Below are positions 29,834 through 40,928 of a stretch of 64,000 bases of DNA, one piece after another. Positions within the stretch are counted from its first letter, which is position 1. Every line of letters starts with the position of its first letter. Below the pieces are notes generated by a model. That model was not told the origin of the DNA, did no database searches, and was given only the letters and a program-made list of their open reading frames with translations. The stretch covers positions 128,001-192,000 of the forward strand of contig CAWBVY010000001.1 in NCBI GenBank assembly GCA_963792415.1, written 5' to 3'. The position numbers and the translations under genes were made by a program. This DNA comes from Candidatus Deferrimicrobiaceae bacterium. GTDB taxonomy: Bacteria > Desulfobacterota > Deferrimicrobia > Deferrimicrobiales > Deferrimicrobiaceae.

Positions 29834-30664
29834 TCAGTAGCGATACGCCTCTTCGAAGATCCTGCCGTCGCACGACCAGGAGGTGTCTCCCTCGAGAAAG
29901 ACCTCCCCGAAATCGATCCGCTTCGGGTCGAAATGGATGACGAGGGTCTCGCCGCCGCTGGTCCCCACCGTCACCGGCGGCGTCGCAAGACCGCGGATCC
30001 CCGCCAGGATGGCGCTGGCGACCGCACCCGTTCCGCACGCCAGCGTCTCCCCCTCGACCCCCCGTTCGTAGGTGCGCACCCGCAGGGCGTCGCCGACCGG
30101 CTGCGCGAAGTTTACGTTCGTCCCCCGGGGGGCGAACGCCTTGTGCCGCCGGATCCCGCGCCCGACCCCCTCCACGTCCGCCCGCGAGACGTCCGGGACG
30201 AACAGGACCGCGTGGGGAACGCCGGTGTCGAGGAACGAATACGAGTACTTCTTCCCCGCCAGCGTCAGCGACCGGTCGACCGCCAACCCGCTGGGCCGCG
30301 TCATCTGGAGCTTCACGCGCCGCCCTCGCACGGAAGCGTGGAGGATCCCCGCGATCGTCTCGAAGGACATCTCCCGGCCCGTGATCCGACGGGCCGCGGC
30401 GAAGCGCGCCGCGCACCGGCCCCCGTTGCCGCACATCTCGGCGCGGGAGCCGTCGGCGTTGTAGAAGTCCCACCGGAAGTCCGCCCGCCGCGACGGCTCG
30501 ATCACGATCACCCCGTCGGCGCCGATCGACCGGGACCGGTCGCACACCTTCGCGGCGAAGGAAGGACGGTCGATGCCGCGCATCGCGTCCCCGCGGTCGT
30601 CGATCAGGAGGAAATCGTTGCCGCTCCCGTTCAGCTTCGAAAAAGGAATGCCCGCCCGCGTCAT
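29834..30664 (-). CDS. dapF: Diaminopimelate epimerase
   Basis: GSGNDF, AEMCGNG, ERGVEGETLACGTG. Confidence 0.95.
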   Translation of the reverse strand: MTRAGIPFSKLNGSGNDFLLIDDRGDAMRGIDRPSFAAKVCDRSRSIGADGVIVIEPSRRADFRWDFYNADGSRAEMCGNGGRCAARFAAARRITGREMSFETIAGILHASVRGRRVKLQMTRPSGLAVDRSLTLAGKKYSYSFLDTGVPHAVLFVPDVSRADVEGVGRGIRRHKAFAPRGTNVNFAQPVGDALRVRTYERGVEGETLACGTGAVASAILAGIRGLATPPVTVGTSGGETLVIHFDPKRIDFGEVFLEGDTSWSCDGRIFEEAYRY

Positions 30665-30728
30665 CGCCCCGCCCTCTCCGCCCGGTCTACGAATATCGTA
30701 ACAGAAGCCGCGGGGATCGAGAAAAGGA

Positions 30729-32024
30729 TCATCCTTTTCCGGTGCGCCCGCGGGAGAGGAACGACGCGGTCCGCTCGCCGCGAAACAGCTCCCGCACCGT
30801 CTCCCGTACCCGGACGACTTCGAACCGTCTCCCCGATACCATCACCTCGGCGGCACGCGGCCGGGTGTTGTAGTTCGAGGACATGGAGAAGCCGTACGCC
30901 CCCGCGCTCATCACCGCGAGGAGATCCCCGCCCCGGCAAGGCGGCATCGCGCGGTCCTTCGCCAGGAAATCCCCGGATTCGCAGATGGGACCGACGACGT
31001 CCGCCGTCACTTTTCCGCGGCGCGCTTTTCCCACCGGGAGGATCGCGTGGTAGGAGCCGTAGAGCGAGGGGCGCGCCAGGTCGTTCATGGCGGCGTCGAC
31101 GATGAAGAAGTGCTTCTTCCCTCTCCCTGCCGGGGACGGGATCGGCTTCGTGTAGAGCACCTCGGTGAGCAGGACCCCCGCGTTGCCGACGAGGACACGT
31201 CCCGGCTCGAGCACGAGCGTGACGGGAAGCCCCCGGAACGCCTCCGCGACCGCGGCCGCGTACACTCCCGGATTCGGGGGGATTTCGTCGTGATACCGGA
31301 TCCCCAGCCCCCCGCCGATGTCGACGAAGCGGATGGGGAACCCCTTCCGGAGCAGGCGGTCGACGAGACGGCGGACCCGCCCCGCCGCGTCGACGAAGGG
31401 AGCGACGTCGGTCAACTGCGATCCGATGTGGCAGTCCACCCCCACGACCTCGATGTGACGTCGCCCTGCCGCCCACTCGTAATCCCTCATCGCCTGCGCC
31501 ACCCGGATCCCGAACTTGTTCTTCCTCAGCCCCGTCGATATGTACGGGTGGGTCTTCGGATCCACGTCGGGGTTGACGCGGATCGCGATGGGAGCCCGCT
31601 TCCGCATCCTTCCGGCCACGGCGTCGATCGTCTCCAGCTCCTCGCGCGACTCCACGTTGAACATCAGGATCCCCCGGAGCAGCGCCTCCTCGATCTCCGG
31701 GACCGTCTTCCCGACCCCCGAGTAGACGATCTTCCCCGGGGGGGCCCCGGCGGCCAGCGCCCGCGCGAGCTCGCCCCCCGAGACGATGTCGACTCCGCTC
31801 CCCATGCCGGTGAAGGTCCGGATGACGGAGCCGTTCGAGTTGGACTTCATCGAGAAACAGATGATGTGCGGAATCCCGCCGAACGCCTCGTCGAAGACAC
31901 GGTAGTGGTGGGCAAGGGTCGCGTGGCTGTACACGTACACCGGCGTCCCCACCTCCTTCGCGATTCTCCGCAGCGGCACCCCCTCGCAGTGCATCTCGCC
32001 GTCCCTGACCTGGAAATGATGCAT
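30729..32024 (-). CDS. lysA: Diaminopimelate decarboxylase
   Basis: [29 protein letters not shown]. Confidence 0.95.
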   Translation of the reverse strand: MHHFQVRDGEMHCEGVPLRRIAKEVGTPVYVYSHATLAHHYRVFDEAFGGIPHIICFSMKSNSNGSVIRTFTGMGSGVDIVSGGELARALAAGAPPGKIVYSGVGKTVPEIEEALLRGILMFNVESREELETIDAVAGRMRKRAPIAIRVNPDVDPKTHPYISTGLRKNKFGIRVAQAMRDYEWAAGRRHIEVVGVDCHIGSQLTDVAPFVDAAGRVRRLVDRLLRKGFPIRFVDIGGGLGIRYHDEIPPNPGVYAAAVAEAFRGLPVTLVLEPGRVLVGNAGVLLTEVLYTKPIPSPAGRGKKHFFIVDAAMNDLARPSLYGSYHAILPVGKARRGKVTADVVGPICESGDFLAKDRAMPPCRGGDLLAVMSAGAYGFSMSSNYNTRPRAAEVMVSGRRFEVVRVRETVRELFRGERTASFLSRGRTGKG

Positions 32025-32028
32025 CGAC

Positions 32029-32169
32029 TCACCTCGCCCCGATCGGAGTTGCCGTCGAGCTTTCGCTTTTCCGCGGCTCGGGCATCGCCTTGCGCCCGCA
32101 CCCCGCGGCGGATCCGAGCATCGCCAGGAGGAGGACCAGCGCGAGCGCCGCGCGCATGAGCGACATCAT
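32029..32169 (-). CDS. Small lipoprotein, LptM/YifL-like
   Basis: [32 protein letters not shown]: lipobox plus CGxKxxP motif; lies between argH and lysA. Confidence 0.7.
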   Translation of the reverse strand: MMSLMRAALALVLLLAMLGSAAGCGRKAMPEPRKSESSTATPIGAR

Positions 32170-33539
32170 TTTTTCCGGAGCGACGACAGGCGGTCCCGGA
32201 CCGCCTCGGCGCCCGTCCCCCCGCGCGTCTTTCGCAGGCGCACGGAATTGGTGAGGGAGATGGCGCTGCGGACGTCCTCGCCGATCGCCTTCGAAAACGC
32301 ACGGAGCTCCTTGAGGCTGAGATCCTTCAGACGCGTCCCGCGCTCCTCGCAGTGCCGGACGATCTTCCCGGTGATCTCGTGGGCCTTGCGGAACGGCACT
32401 CCCTTCCTCGCGAGGTAGTCCGCGAGGTCGGTGGCCGTGAGGAACCCGTCGTCGCACGCCGCCCGCATCCGCTCCTCGTTCACCGCCATCCCCCGGAGCA
32501 GCAGATTCGCCCCGATGAGGCAATCCTGGACGGTCCGGGCCGAATCGAAGACCGGCTCCTTGTCCTCCTGCATGTCCCGGTTGTACGCGAGCGGAAGCCC
32601 CTTCATGAGGGTGAGGAGGTTCGTGAGGTTCCCGTAGGCGCGCCCGGTCTTCCCCCGGATGAGTTCGGCCACGTCGGGGTTCTTCTTCTGCGGCATGATG
32701 CTGCTCCCGGTGCACAGGGCGTCCGGCAGGGAGAGGAACCGAAACTCCGAGGACGACCAGTACACCATCTCCTCGGCGAGCCGCGAAAGGTGCATCATCG
32801 TCACGGCGCACGCGTACAGGAAGTCGGCGGCGAAGTCGCGATCCGACACGGCGTCGACGCTGTTCTCGCACACCCCGTCCATCCCCAGCTCCCGCGCGGT
32901 GAACGCGCGGTCCAGCGGGAACGAGGAACCGGCCAGCGCCCCCGCCCCGAGCGGGGAGACGTTCACCCGCCGGCGCGTCTCCCGGAACCGGTCGGCGTCC
33001 CGGGCGAACATCTCCCGGTACGCCAGGAGGTAATGGGAGAAGAGGATCGGCTGGGCCCGCTGGAGATGGGTGTAGCCGGGGAGGACGATCCCGAACAGCT
33101 CTTCGGCCCGGGAGACGACGGTTTCCTCGATCTCCGCGAGGAGTTCGAGAACCTCGTCGATCTCCTCCCGCAGGTACAGCCGGAGATCGGTGGCGACCTG
33201 GTCGTTTCGGCTGCGCCCCGTGTGGAGCTTTCCGCCGACGGGGCCGATACGGCGGATCAGCCGGCGCTCGATCGCCATGTGGATGTCCTCGTCGGAGAGA
33301 TCGAAGGGGAATTTCCCCGATTCGATCTCCCCGCGGATCGCCACCAGGCCCTTGACGATCCGCTCCGCCTCGGCCTTCGGCAGGATCCCCCGCTTCCCCA
33401 GCATCCGCGCGTGGGCGACGCTCCCGGCGATGTCGTGCCGGTAGAGCAGGACGTCGTACGGGATCGAGGCGGTGAACTCCTCCACGAACCGGTCGGTTTC
33501 GCCGCCGAAGCGCCCCCCCCAGGCCTTTTTCTTCGCCAT
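32166..33539 (-). CDS. argH: Argininosuccinate lyase
   Basis: WGGRF, LHTGRSRNDQ, GSSIMPQKKNPD. Confidence 0.97.
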   Translation of the reverse strand: MAKKKAWGGRFGGETDRFVEEFTASIPYDVLLYRHDIAGSVAHARMLGKRGILPKAEAERIVKGLVAIRGEIESGKFPFDLSDEDIHMAIERRLIRRIGPVGGKLHTGRSRNDQVATDLRLYLREEIDEVLELLAEIEETVVSRAEELFGIVLPGYTHLQRAQPILFSHYLLAYREMFARDADRFRETRRRVNVSPLGAGALAGSSFPLDRAFTARELGMDGVCENSVDAVSDRDFAADFLYACAVTMMHLSRLAEEMVYWSSSEFRFLSLPDALCTGSSIMPQKKNPDVAELIRGKTGRAYGNLTNLLTLMKGLPLAYNRDMQEDKEPVFDSARTVQDCLIGANLLLRGMAVNEERMRAACDDGFLTATDLADYLARKGVPFRKAHEITGKIVRHCEERGTRLKDLSLKELRAFSKAIGEDVRSAISLTNSVRLRKTRGGTGAEAVRDRLSSLRKK

Positions 33540-33540
33540 G

Positions 33541-34749
33541 TCACCCTTTCCTTTGCTTCAGCATCGACCGGATCTTGAGACGCAGCGCGTTGATCTTGAT
33601 GAATCCGGTCGCGTCCGCCTGGTTGAAGACGGCCTCCTTCTCGAACGTCGCGAAGTCGGTCCGGTAGAGGGAAACGGGGCTCTTCCGGCCGGCCACGGTG
33701 ATCCCGCCCTTGTACAGCTTCAGCCGCGCGGTGCCCGTCACGTTCTCCTGGGTCGCGACGACCATCCCCTTCAGGAGATCCATCTCCGGCGAATACCAGT
33801 AGCCGTTGTAGATGAGCTCCGCGAACCGGGGCATGAGGGAATCGCGCAGGTGCATCACCTCGCGGTCGAGGGTGAGCGATTCGACGGCCCGGTGCGCCGC
33901 GTGCAGGATCGTCCCGCCCGGGGTCTCGTACACGCCGTGGGACTTCATCCCGACGTACCGGTTCTCTACGAGATCGACGCGGCCGATGCCGTGCCTCCCC
34001 CCGAGGGCGTTCAGGTGGGCGAGGAGCTTCGCCGGCCCCATTCTCTTCCCGTTGACCGCCACGGGGATCCCTCCGGCGAAGTCGACCTCGACGTACGCGG
34101 GACGGTTCGGCGCCTTCTCGGGAGACCGGGTGAGGACGAACATGCTCTCGGGCGGCTCCATCCACGGATCCTCGAGAATCCCCCCCTCGAAGCTGATGTG
34201 GAGCAGGTTCCGGTCGCTGGAGTACGGCTTTGCCGCGGTGACCGGCGTCGGGATGCCGCGCTTCTTCGCGTAGTTCACCAGGTCGGTCCGCGAGGCCAGT
34301 TCCCATTCGCGCCACGGGGCGATGACGTGGATCCCGGGCATCAAGGCGTAATAGGTGAGCTCGAAGCGGACCTGGTCGTTCCCCTTTCCGGTCGCGCCGT
34401 GGGAGACCGCGTCGGCATTCTCCCTTCTGGCCACCTCGATCTGCTTCTTTGCGATGAGGGGTCGGGCGATCGAGGTGCCGAGGAGATACTGGCCCTCGTA
34501 GACCGCGTTCGCCATGATCGCGGGGAAGACGAAGTCGCGGACGAACTCGTCCTGCACGTTCTCCACGTAGACCTTCGAGGCGCCGGTCTTCTTCGCCTTG
34601 GCGCGCACGGGGGCCAGCTCCTCTCCCTGCCCGAGATCGGCGACGAAGGCGATCACCTCGCAACCGTAATTCTCGACGAGCCACGCGAGGATGACCGAGG
34701 TGTCCAGCCCTCCCGAATACGCCAGAACGACTTTCTTCACTTTTTTCAA
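33541..34749 (-). CDS. argG: Argininosuccinate synthase (TTG start)
   Basis: [10 protein letters not shown] and [14 protein letters not shown]; GGAGG RBS. Confidence 0.97.
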   Translation of the reverse strand: MKKVKKVVLAYSGGLDTSVILAWLVENYGCEVIAFVADLGQGEELAPVRAKAKKTGASKVYVENVQDEFVRDFVFPAIMANAVYEGQYLLGTSIARPLIAKKQIEVARRENADAVSHGATGKGNDQVRFELTYYALMPGIHVIAPWREWELASRTDLVNYAKKRGIPTPVTAAKPYSSDRNLLHISFEGGILEDPWMEPPESMFVLTRSPEKAPNRPAYVEVDFAGGIPVAVNGKRMGPAKLLAHLNALGGRHGIGRVDLVENRYVGMKSHGVYETPGGTILHAAHRAVESLTLDREVMHLRDSLMPRFAELIYNGYWYSPEMDLLKGMVVATQENVTGTARLKLYKGGITVAGRKSPVSLYRTDFATFEKEAVFNQADATGFIKINALRLKIRSMLKQRKG

Positions 34750-34769
34750 ATGGTTCCTCCCTGAAACGC

Positions 34770-35684
34770 TCAGTGTTTGATGAATTTTTCGAGTATCGCC
34801 ATCTGGACGTGCAGGCGGTTCTCGGCCTCGTCGAAGACGGCGGAGCTGGACCCCTCGAAAACCGCCTCGGTGATCTCCTCGCCACGATGGGCGGGGAGGC
34901 AGTGCATCACGATCGCCCCGGAGTGCGCCAGCCGCAGCAGCGCCGCGTCGACGCAGTACCCCTTGAAGGCGGCGAGCCGCTTCCGGGCCTCGGCTTCCTG
35001 GCCCATGCTGGTCCAGACGTCCGTGTAAAGAACGTCGGCTCCCCGCGCCGCTTCCGCGGGATCGCGGACGATCCGGACCTCTCCGCGGCCGATCCTCCCC
35101 GCATCCTTTCGAACCGCGGGATCCGGTTCGTACCCCTTCGGGCAGGCGATCCGGAGGTCGAATCCGAGGACGTGGGCCGCCTCGACCCAAGAATTGGCCA
35201 CGTTGTTGCCGTCGCCGATGTACGCCACCCGCATCCTCCGCAGGTCCTTCCCCCGCTCACCCGCGGTCATCAGGTCGGCGAGGATCTGGCACGGGTGGTG
35301 GCCGTCCGTCAGTCCGTTGATCACCGGGACGGTCGCGGCGGCCGCGAACTCGACCGCGGTTTCGTGCCCGAACGTCCGGATCATCACGGCGTCGACGTAC
35401 CGGGAAAGGACGCGCGCCGTGTCCCGGATCGGCTCCCCCCGCCCGATCTGCGTGTCCTGCGGGGACAGGAAGAGCGCGTGGCCGCCCAGCCGGGTCATCG
35501 CGACCTCGAACGAAACACGGGTCCGGGTCGACGCCTTCTGGAAGATCATCGCCAGCGACTTCCCGGCCAGCGGCCGGGGGGCCCGCGGCGATCCTCCACG
35601 GCGCTTCCATGCCATCCCCGACCGGATCAGGGAGAGGATCTCCCCGTCGGAAAGGTCGAGGATCCGGAGCAGGTCCCTCTTCAC
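34770..35684 (-). CDS. argF: Ornithine carbamoyltransferase
   Basis: [24 protein letters not shown]. Confidence 0.96.
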   Translation of the reverse strand: MKRDLLRILDLSDGEILSLIRSGMAWKRRGGSPRAPRPLAGKSLAMIFQKASTRTRVSFEVAMTRLGGHALFLSPQDTQIGRGEPIRDTARVLSRYVDAVMIRTFGHETAVEFAAAATVPVINGLTDGHHPCQILADLMTAGERGKDLRRMRVAYIGDGNNVANSWVEAAHVLGFDLRIACPKGYEPDPAVRKDAGRIGRGEVRIVRDPAEAARGADVLYTDVWTSMGQEAEARKRLAAFKGYCVDAALLRLAHSGAIVMHCLPAHRGEEITEAVFEGSSSAVFDEAENRLHVQMAILEKFIKH

Positions 35685-36883
35685 GACTTCCACCCCTCCA
35701 CCGGCAGGACCGCCGAAAGGATTTCGAGCGCCCGGTCGATCTCCCCCTCCGTCACGATAAGGGGGGGGAGGAACCGCAGGATGTTTCCCGCCGCCGCGTT
35801 GACGACAAGGCCCGCGTCGAGGCACTTCGCAGCGACCGGTTTCGTCTCGCACGCCATCTCGGCGCCCACCATGAGGCCGACGCCCCGGACGCCGAGGATG
35901 TCGGTCCGGCGCGCGGCGATCTCCCGGAGTCCCTCCCGAAGCCGCTCCCCCTTGCGGACGACGTCATCGTAGAAGCCGGGGGATTCCAGGACGTCCATCA
36001 CCGCGAGGGCGGCCGCGCAGCAGACCGGGTTGCCGCCGAAGGTGCTGCCGTGCGTGCCCGGGACGAAAACGGAGGCAACCTCGTCCCGCGCGACGACGGC
36101 TCCCAGCGGAAGACCGTTCGCGATCCCCTTCGCGAGCGTCACCACGTCGGGCACGATGTCGAACCGGCCGGAGGAGAGGAACGCTCCGGTCCGTCCCATC
36201 CCGGTCTGGATCTCGTCGGCGACGAGGAGAATCCCCTTTCCGCGACAGAGGGTTTCCGCCTCCTTCAGGTAGCCGGGCGGGTGCATCCGAACCCCGCTTT
36301 CCCCCTGGATCGGCTCGATGAAAAACGCGCAGACCCGGTCCGTCAGGGCCGCGTCGAGCGCGTCGATGTCGCCGAGAGGGACCGTGGTGAACCCCGGGAG
36401 CATCGGCTCGAACCCCTGGTGGAACTTCGGCTGCGCCGTGGCGGAGAGCCCGCCGTAGGTGCGGCCGTGGAACGACCCCTCCAGGACGACGATCCCGTGC
36501 CTGCCCTCCCCGTGCCGATCGAAGGCCCACCTGCGGACCAGTTTGATCGCCGCCTCGTTCGCCTCCGTCCCGCTGTTGCAGAAGAAGACCTTCCCCCCGG
36601 TCGTGGCGGTGGACAGGCGCTCGCCGAGACGCGCCTGGACCGGGACGTGGAAAAGGTTGGAGACGTGCACCAGGCGATCCGCCTGCTCCGCGATCGCGCG
36701 CGTGACCGCCGGGTGGGCGTGCCCCAGGATCGCAACGGCGATCCCGGCGAGGAAATCGAGGTACGGGTTGCCGAGATCGTCGTACAGCCAGCTCCCCTCG
36801 CCGCGGACGAAGGTCACGGGGAAGCGGGAGTAGTTTCCCATCTGGTACCGCTGCGTCAACGCGATCGCCTCCGCGCCGGTCAT
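35681..36883 (-). CDS. argD: Acetylornithine aminotransferase
   Basis: NSGTEANEAA, SFHGRT, DEIQTGMGRTG, LAKG. Confidence 0.94.
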   Translation of the reverse strand: MTGAEAIALTQRYQMGNYSRFPVTFVRGEGSWLYDDLGNPYLDFLAGIAVAILGHAHPAVTRAIAEQADRLVHVSNLFHVPVQARLGERLSTATTGGKVFFCNSGTEANEAAIKLVRRWAFDRHGEGRHGIVVLEGSFHGRTYGGLSATAQPKFHQGFEPMLPGFTTVPLGDIDALDAALTDRVCAFFIEPIQGESGVRMHPPGYLKEAETLCRGKGILLVADEIQTGMGRTGAFLSSGRFDIVPDVVTLAKGIANGLPLGAVVARDEVASVFVPGTHGSTFGGNPVCCAAALAVMDVLESPGFYDDVVRKGERLREGLREIAARRTDILGVRGVGLMVGAEMACETKPVAAKCLDAGLVVNAAAGNILRFLPPLIVTEGEIDRALEILSAVLPVEGWKS

Positions 36884-37773
36884 TCCGCACCCTCTCCCTG
36901 GCCCGTCCGAACGATCTCGGTCCCGATCCCGGCGTCCGTGAAGATCTCGAGGAGGACGCTGTGGGGAACCCGCCCGTCGAGGATATGGACCTTCCGGACC
37001 CCCCCGTTCAGCGCCGCCAGCCCGCACTCCACCTTCGGGATCATTCCTCCCGTGATCGCGCCCGTCCGGATGGCGGATTCGGCCTCCGCCCCGGTCATCG
37101 TGGAGATCAGCCCCCCCTTGGCGTCCAGGACGCCCGCCACGTCGGTGAGGAGGATGAACTTCTCCGCGGAGACGGCGGCGGCCACCGCGGCGGCGGCCGT
37201 GTCGCCGTTGATGTTGTAGGCCTCGCCCCCCGCCCCCGCCCCGATGGGGGCGATGACCGGGACGAAGCCGTCGGCCTCGAGGGCCCGCAGCACCTCCGGG
37301 CGCACTTCCTTGACGTCTCCCACCAGTCCCAGGTCGAGCGGTTCGCCGGTTTCCCGGCTCCTAGCAACGCTCTTCGTCGCAAGGAGCAGGCCGCCGTCCT
37401 TGCCGCAAAGCCCGACCGCCTTCCCGCCGAAGGTGTTGATCAGCGCCACGATCCGCTGGTTGACGGTACCGCCGAGGACCATCTCGACCACTTCCATCGC
37501 CTCCGGGGAGGTGACCCGCAGTCCCTCCGCACGCCGCGTGGGGATCGACAGCCTCTCCAGCATCCGGTCGATCTGGGGGCCCCCGCCGTGGATGACCACG
37601 GGCCGAATCCCGACGTATTGAAGCAGGACGATGTCCTGCGCGAACGACGCCATCCGGGCGTCGTCCTTCATCGCGGCGCCGCCGTACTTCACCACCACCG
37701 TCTTCCCGGTGAACTCCCGGATGTACGGCAACGCCTCGATCAGCGTCTCGGCTTTCCGGATATACCCTTCCAT
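36880..37773 (-). CDS. argB: Acetylglutamate kinase
   Basis: VVKYGGAAM, HGGGPQI, GGMIPKV. Confidence 0.96.
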   Translation of the reverse strand: MEGYIRKAETLIEALPYIREFTGKTVVVKYGGAAMKDDARMASFAQDIVLLQYVGIRPVVIHGGGPQIDRMLERLSIPTRRAEGLRVTSPEAMEVVEMVLGGTVNQRIVALINTFGGKAVGLCGKDGGLLLATKSVARSRETGEPLDLGLVGDVKEVRPEVLRALEADGFVPVIAPIGAGAGGEAYNINGDTAAAAVAAAVSAEKFILLTDVAGVLDAKGGLISTMTGAEAESAIRTGAITGGMIPKVECGLAALNGGVRKVHILDGRVPHSVLLEIFTDAGIGTEIVRTGQGEGAE

Positions 37774-37792
37774 CTCTCCCCCCGCGCGGCCC

Positions 37793-39169
37793 TCAGAGGA
37801 TATAGCGGCTGAGGTCCGAGTCCTTCACGATCCCGGCGAGCCGCTCCTCGACATAGGGGCGGGTGACGACCACCTCCTGCCCGGAGATCTCCGGCGCCGA
37901 GAACAGGAGGTCGTCCAGCAGGCGCTCCATCACCGTGTGGAGGCGACGGGCGCCGATGTTCTCCGTACGGTCGTTCACCTCGCACGCCATCTCGGCGATC
38001 CGCAGAACCGCCTCGGGGGTGAAGGAGAGCCGGACCCCCTCGGCCGACAGCATCGCCTCGTACTGCCGCGTGAGCGCGCCGTGGGGCTCGGTCAGGATCC
38101 GCGCGAAATCCTCCCGGGTAAGGGGCAGCAGCTCCACCCGGATCGGGAAACGCCCCTGCAACTCCGGGATGAGGTCGGACGGCTTGTTCGCGTGGAACGC
38201 CCCCGCGGCGACGAACAGGATGTGGTCGGTCCGCACGACACCGTGCTTCGTGTGGACGGCGGATCCCTCGACGACCGGCAGCAGGTCCCGCTGGACCCCC
38301 TGACGGGAGACGTCGGGTCCCTGGAGCGATTCCCGGCCGGCGATCTTGTCGATCTCGTCGAGAAACACGATCCCCGACTGTTCGGTGCGCTCGACCGCCA
38401 TCTGCTTTACGCGCTCCGTGTCGACCCGGCGTTCCGCCTCCTCCTGCTCGAGGAAGCCGAGCGCCTCGGCGACCCGCATCCGCTTCCTCCGCGTCCGTTT
38501 CGGAAACAGGCCGGAGAGCATCTCCTGGAGGTTCCCCTCCATCCCCTCCGGGGGGCCGCCACCGAGCCCCGCGATGTCGAGCACCGGCACCGCCGTTTCC
38601 TTGAATTCGACCTCGACGGTGCGATCCGAGAGCTTCCCCGCCCGAAGCATGGCGCGGAAGCGCTCCCTCGTATCCGCCGCCCCGACATCGGCAACGGGGG
38701 TCGCGTCCCCCTCCTTCGCCGGGGTGCGCGGGAGCAGCAGGTCGAGGAGCCGCTCCTCGGCGGCGGCCTTCGCCTGGTCGGCGACTTTTTCCATCTCCTC
38801 CGAGCGAACCATCCGTACGGCGATCTCGACGAGATCCCGGATCATCGACTCGACGTCGCGCCCCACGTACCCGACCTCGGTGAACTTCGAGGCCTCCACC
38901 TTGACGAAGGGCGCCTGGGTCAACCTGGCGAGCCTCCGCGCGATCTCGGTCTTCCCGACCCCGGTCGGGCCGACCATTATGATGTTCTTCGGGACGATCT
39001 CGTCCCGCAGCTCCGCGGGGACCTGCAGCCGACGCCAGCGGTTCCGCAGCGCGATCGCGACCGCGCGCTTCGCCTCCGCCTGCCCGACGATGTGCCGGTC
39101 GAGCTCGGCGACGATCTCCCGTGGGATCAACGCGCGGATCCCCTCGGACTCCGGCTCCGCGCGCGTCAT
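37793..39169 (-). CDS. hslU: ATP-dependent protease ATPase subunit
   Basis: [31 protein letters not shown]. Confidence 0.97.
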   Translation of the reverse strand: MTRAEPESEGIRALIPREIVAELDRHIVGQAEAKRAVAIALRNRWRRLQVPAELRDEIVPKNIIMVGPTGVGKTEIARRLARLTQAPFVKVEASKFTEVGYVGRDVESMIRDLVEIAVRMVRSEEMEKVADQAKAAAEERLLDLLLPRTPAKEGDATPVADVGAADTRERFRAMLRAGKLSDRTVEVEFKETAVPVLDIAGLGGGPPEGMEGNLQEMLSGLFPKRTRRKRMRVAEALGFLEQEEAERRVDTERVKQMAVERTEQSGIVFLDEIDKIAGRESLQGPDVSRQGVQRDLLPVVEGSAVHTKHGVVRTDHILFVAAGAFHANKPSDLIPELQGRFPIRVELLPLTREDFARILTEPHGALTRQYEAMLSAEGVRLSFTPEAVLRIAEMACEVNDRTENIGARRLHTVMERLLDDLLFSAPEISGQEVVVTRPYVEERLAGIVKDSDLSRYIL

Positions 39170-39708
39170 GACGCCTCGATCTCCTCGGACACGATGTTCC
39201 CGTTCGTGAAGACGCAGATCTCCGATGCGATCCGCACGGCCTCCCGGGCGATCTCCCCGGCCGGCAGGTCCGAATGGAGAAGGAGCGCGCGCGCGGCCGC
39301 GAGGGCGAACGAACCGCCCGAACCGATCCCGACCACGCCGTCGTCCGGCTCGACCACGTCCCCGGTCCCCGACAGGAGCATGAGGTCCTTCCCGTCGGTA
39401 ACGACCATCAGCGCCTCGAGCCTTCGAAGGACGCGGTCCGTGCGCCAATCCTTCGCCAGTTCCACGGCGGCCCGCCGCAGGTTCCCCCGGAACTCCGACA
39501 GCTTCGCCTCGAACTTCTCGAACAGGGTGAACGCATCGGCGGTGCTCCCGGCGAATCCCGCGACCACGTGCCCGTCATGGAGCCGCCGGATCTTCTTCGC
39601 CGTACGCTTGAGCACGACATTCCCCATCGTCACCTGGCCGTCCCCCGCGATGGCGACCCGCCCCCCGCGAGCGACGGCGACGATCGTGGTTCCACGGAAC
39701 TCCGTCAC
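39166..39708 (-). CDS. hslV: ATP-dependent protease peptidase subunit
   Basis: [25 protein letters not shown]. Confidence 0.97.
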   Translation of the reverse strand: MTEFRGTTIVAVARGGRVAIAGDGQVTMGNVVLKRTAKKIRRLHDGHVVAGFAGSTADAFTLFEKFEAKLSEFRGNLRRAAVELAKDWRTDRVLRRLEALMVVTDGKDLMLLSGTGDVVEPDDGVVGIGSGGSFALAAARALLLHSDLPAGEIAREAVRIASEICVFTNGNIVSEEIEAS

Positions 39709-40733
39709 TTTCCCCTCCCCTCACGTCGTGAGATCCGCGGGCGGGTCGCGAGCGGATGCGCCACCTCGTACGTCCGGACGAGGTGGCTCACGTTGACCCG
39801 CGCGTACCGCTGCGTCGTCGAGAGCGAGGCGTGTCCGAGCATCTCCTGGATCGCGCGGAGGTCCGCCCCCGATTCGAGCAGGTGGGTGGCGAAGGAGTGC
39901 CGCATCCCGTGGGGCGAGAGGTGTCGACCGATCGCGCCGACCCGCGCGTCGAGCCGCTCCCTGAGGATCCTCGCCACGCTTCTTGGAGAGATCCCCCGTC
40001 CCGATTCCCTCCCGACGCTCCCCCGCAGGTTGAGGAAGAGCGGCTCGTCCAGCCCGCTCCGGAACTTCCCCCCGTGTGCGGCGGGCCGGACGGCCAGGTA
40101 CTTCCCGAGCGCGGCAACCGCCTTCCCGCCGACGGGGACGACGCGAACCTTTCTCCCCTTCCCCGTGACGCGGACGGTGCAGGACTCGATGGAGAGGTCC
40201 CGCATCCGCAGGGAACAGAGTTCCCCGACGCGAAGCCCGGAGGAGTACAGAAGCTCGAGGATCGCGGCGTCCCGCTTCTCCCGGAGGGTCCCGCAGGGAA
40301 GATCCCGCAGGAAAGCGTCCATCTCGTCGACGGGGAGAAACTCCGGCAGCCGCATCGCCCTCCGCGGCGCGGGGATCCCCACGGCGGGGTTCGCGCCGAT
40401 CTCTCCGTGCGCGACGAGAAACTCGAGGAAGGTCCGGATCGCGGACACCTTGCGGGCGGCGGTCGCGGGACGGATCTTCTTCCCCGTGTCCCCGCGCGCC
40501 GCGTCGAACTGCAGGGAGAAGAACCGGCGGAGATCCGCGGCGGTCACCTTCGACCAGTCAACGGGTTCCTCGTCCCCCGCGCTCCCGTCTTCCCGCAGGA
40601 ATCGCCGGAGGGATTCCACTTCCCTCCGGTACGCGCGCACGGTTTCCGCCGAAGCGTTCCGCTCGGACGCAAGAAACCCCGTGAACCGCTCGACCACCGG
40701 CTTTCCCAACGATTGCTTCCCCCCGCACGGCAA
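39705..40733 (-). CDS. xerC: Tyrosine recombinase XerC (true start probably slightly downstream)
   Basis: Catalytic R-K-HxxR-H-Y intact (GLRVGEL, GKG, HGMRH, LGHA, TQRY); trmFO-xerC-hslVU context. Confidence 0.88.
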   Translation of the reverse strand: MPCGGKQSLGKPVVERFTGFLASERNASAETVRAYRREVESLRRFLREDGSAGDEEPVDWSKVTAADLRRFFSLQFDAARGDTGKKIRPATAARKVSAIRTFLEFLVAHGEIGANPAVGIPAPRRAMRLPEFLPVDEMDAFLRDLPCGTLREKRDAAILELLYSSGLRVGELCSLRMRDLSIESCTVRVTGKGRKVRVVPVGGKAVAALGKYLAVRPAAHGGKFRSGLDEPLFLNLRGSVGRESGRGISPRSVARILRERLDARVGAIGRHLSPHGMRHSFATHLLESGADLRAIQEMLGHASLSTTQRYARVNVSHLVRTYEVAHPLATRPRISRREGRGK

Positions 40734-40928
40734 AAGAGTTTTGTAACATTTCTACCGCGCCCGTACAAGGCCCCGCCACCGGCGACACGCGCCAAAGGGC
40801 GGTATTCCCGGCGGGAAATGCGGCAGGGAGGACTCAGGTCAAGGCACTGGGGTCTTCTGGAGACATCCCCGGTGTACACCCGGGATGCAGGGAAGGCGCG
40901 TCTCCTGCCCACAACCCACCGGCCAGGA

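Noticed and set aside
39705-40733. Tyrosine recombinase as a mobile-element integrase
   Set aside because: Housekeeping XerC context (trmFO-xerC-hslVU), with no att sites or cargo nearby.
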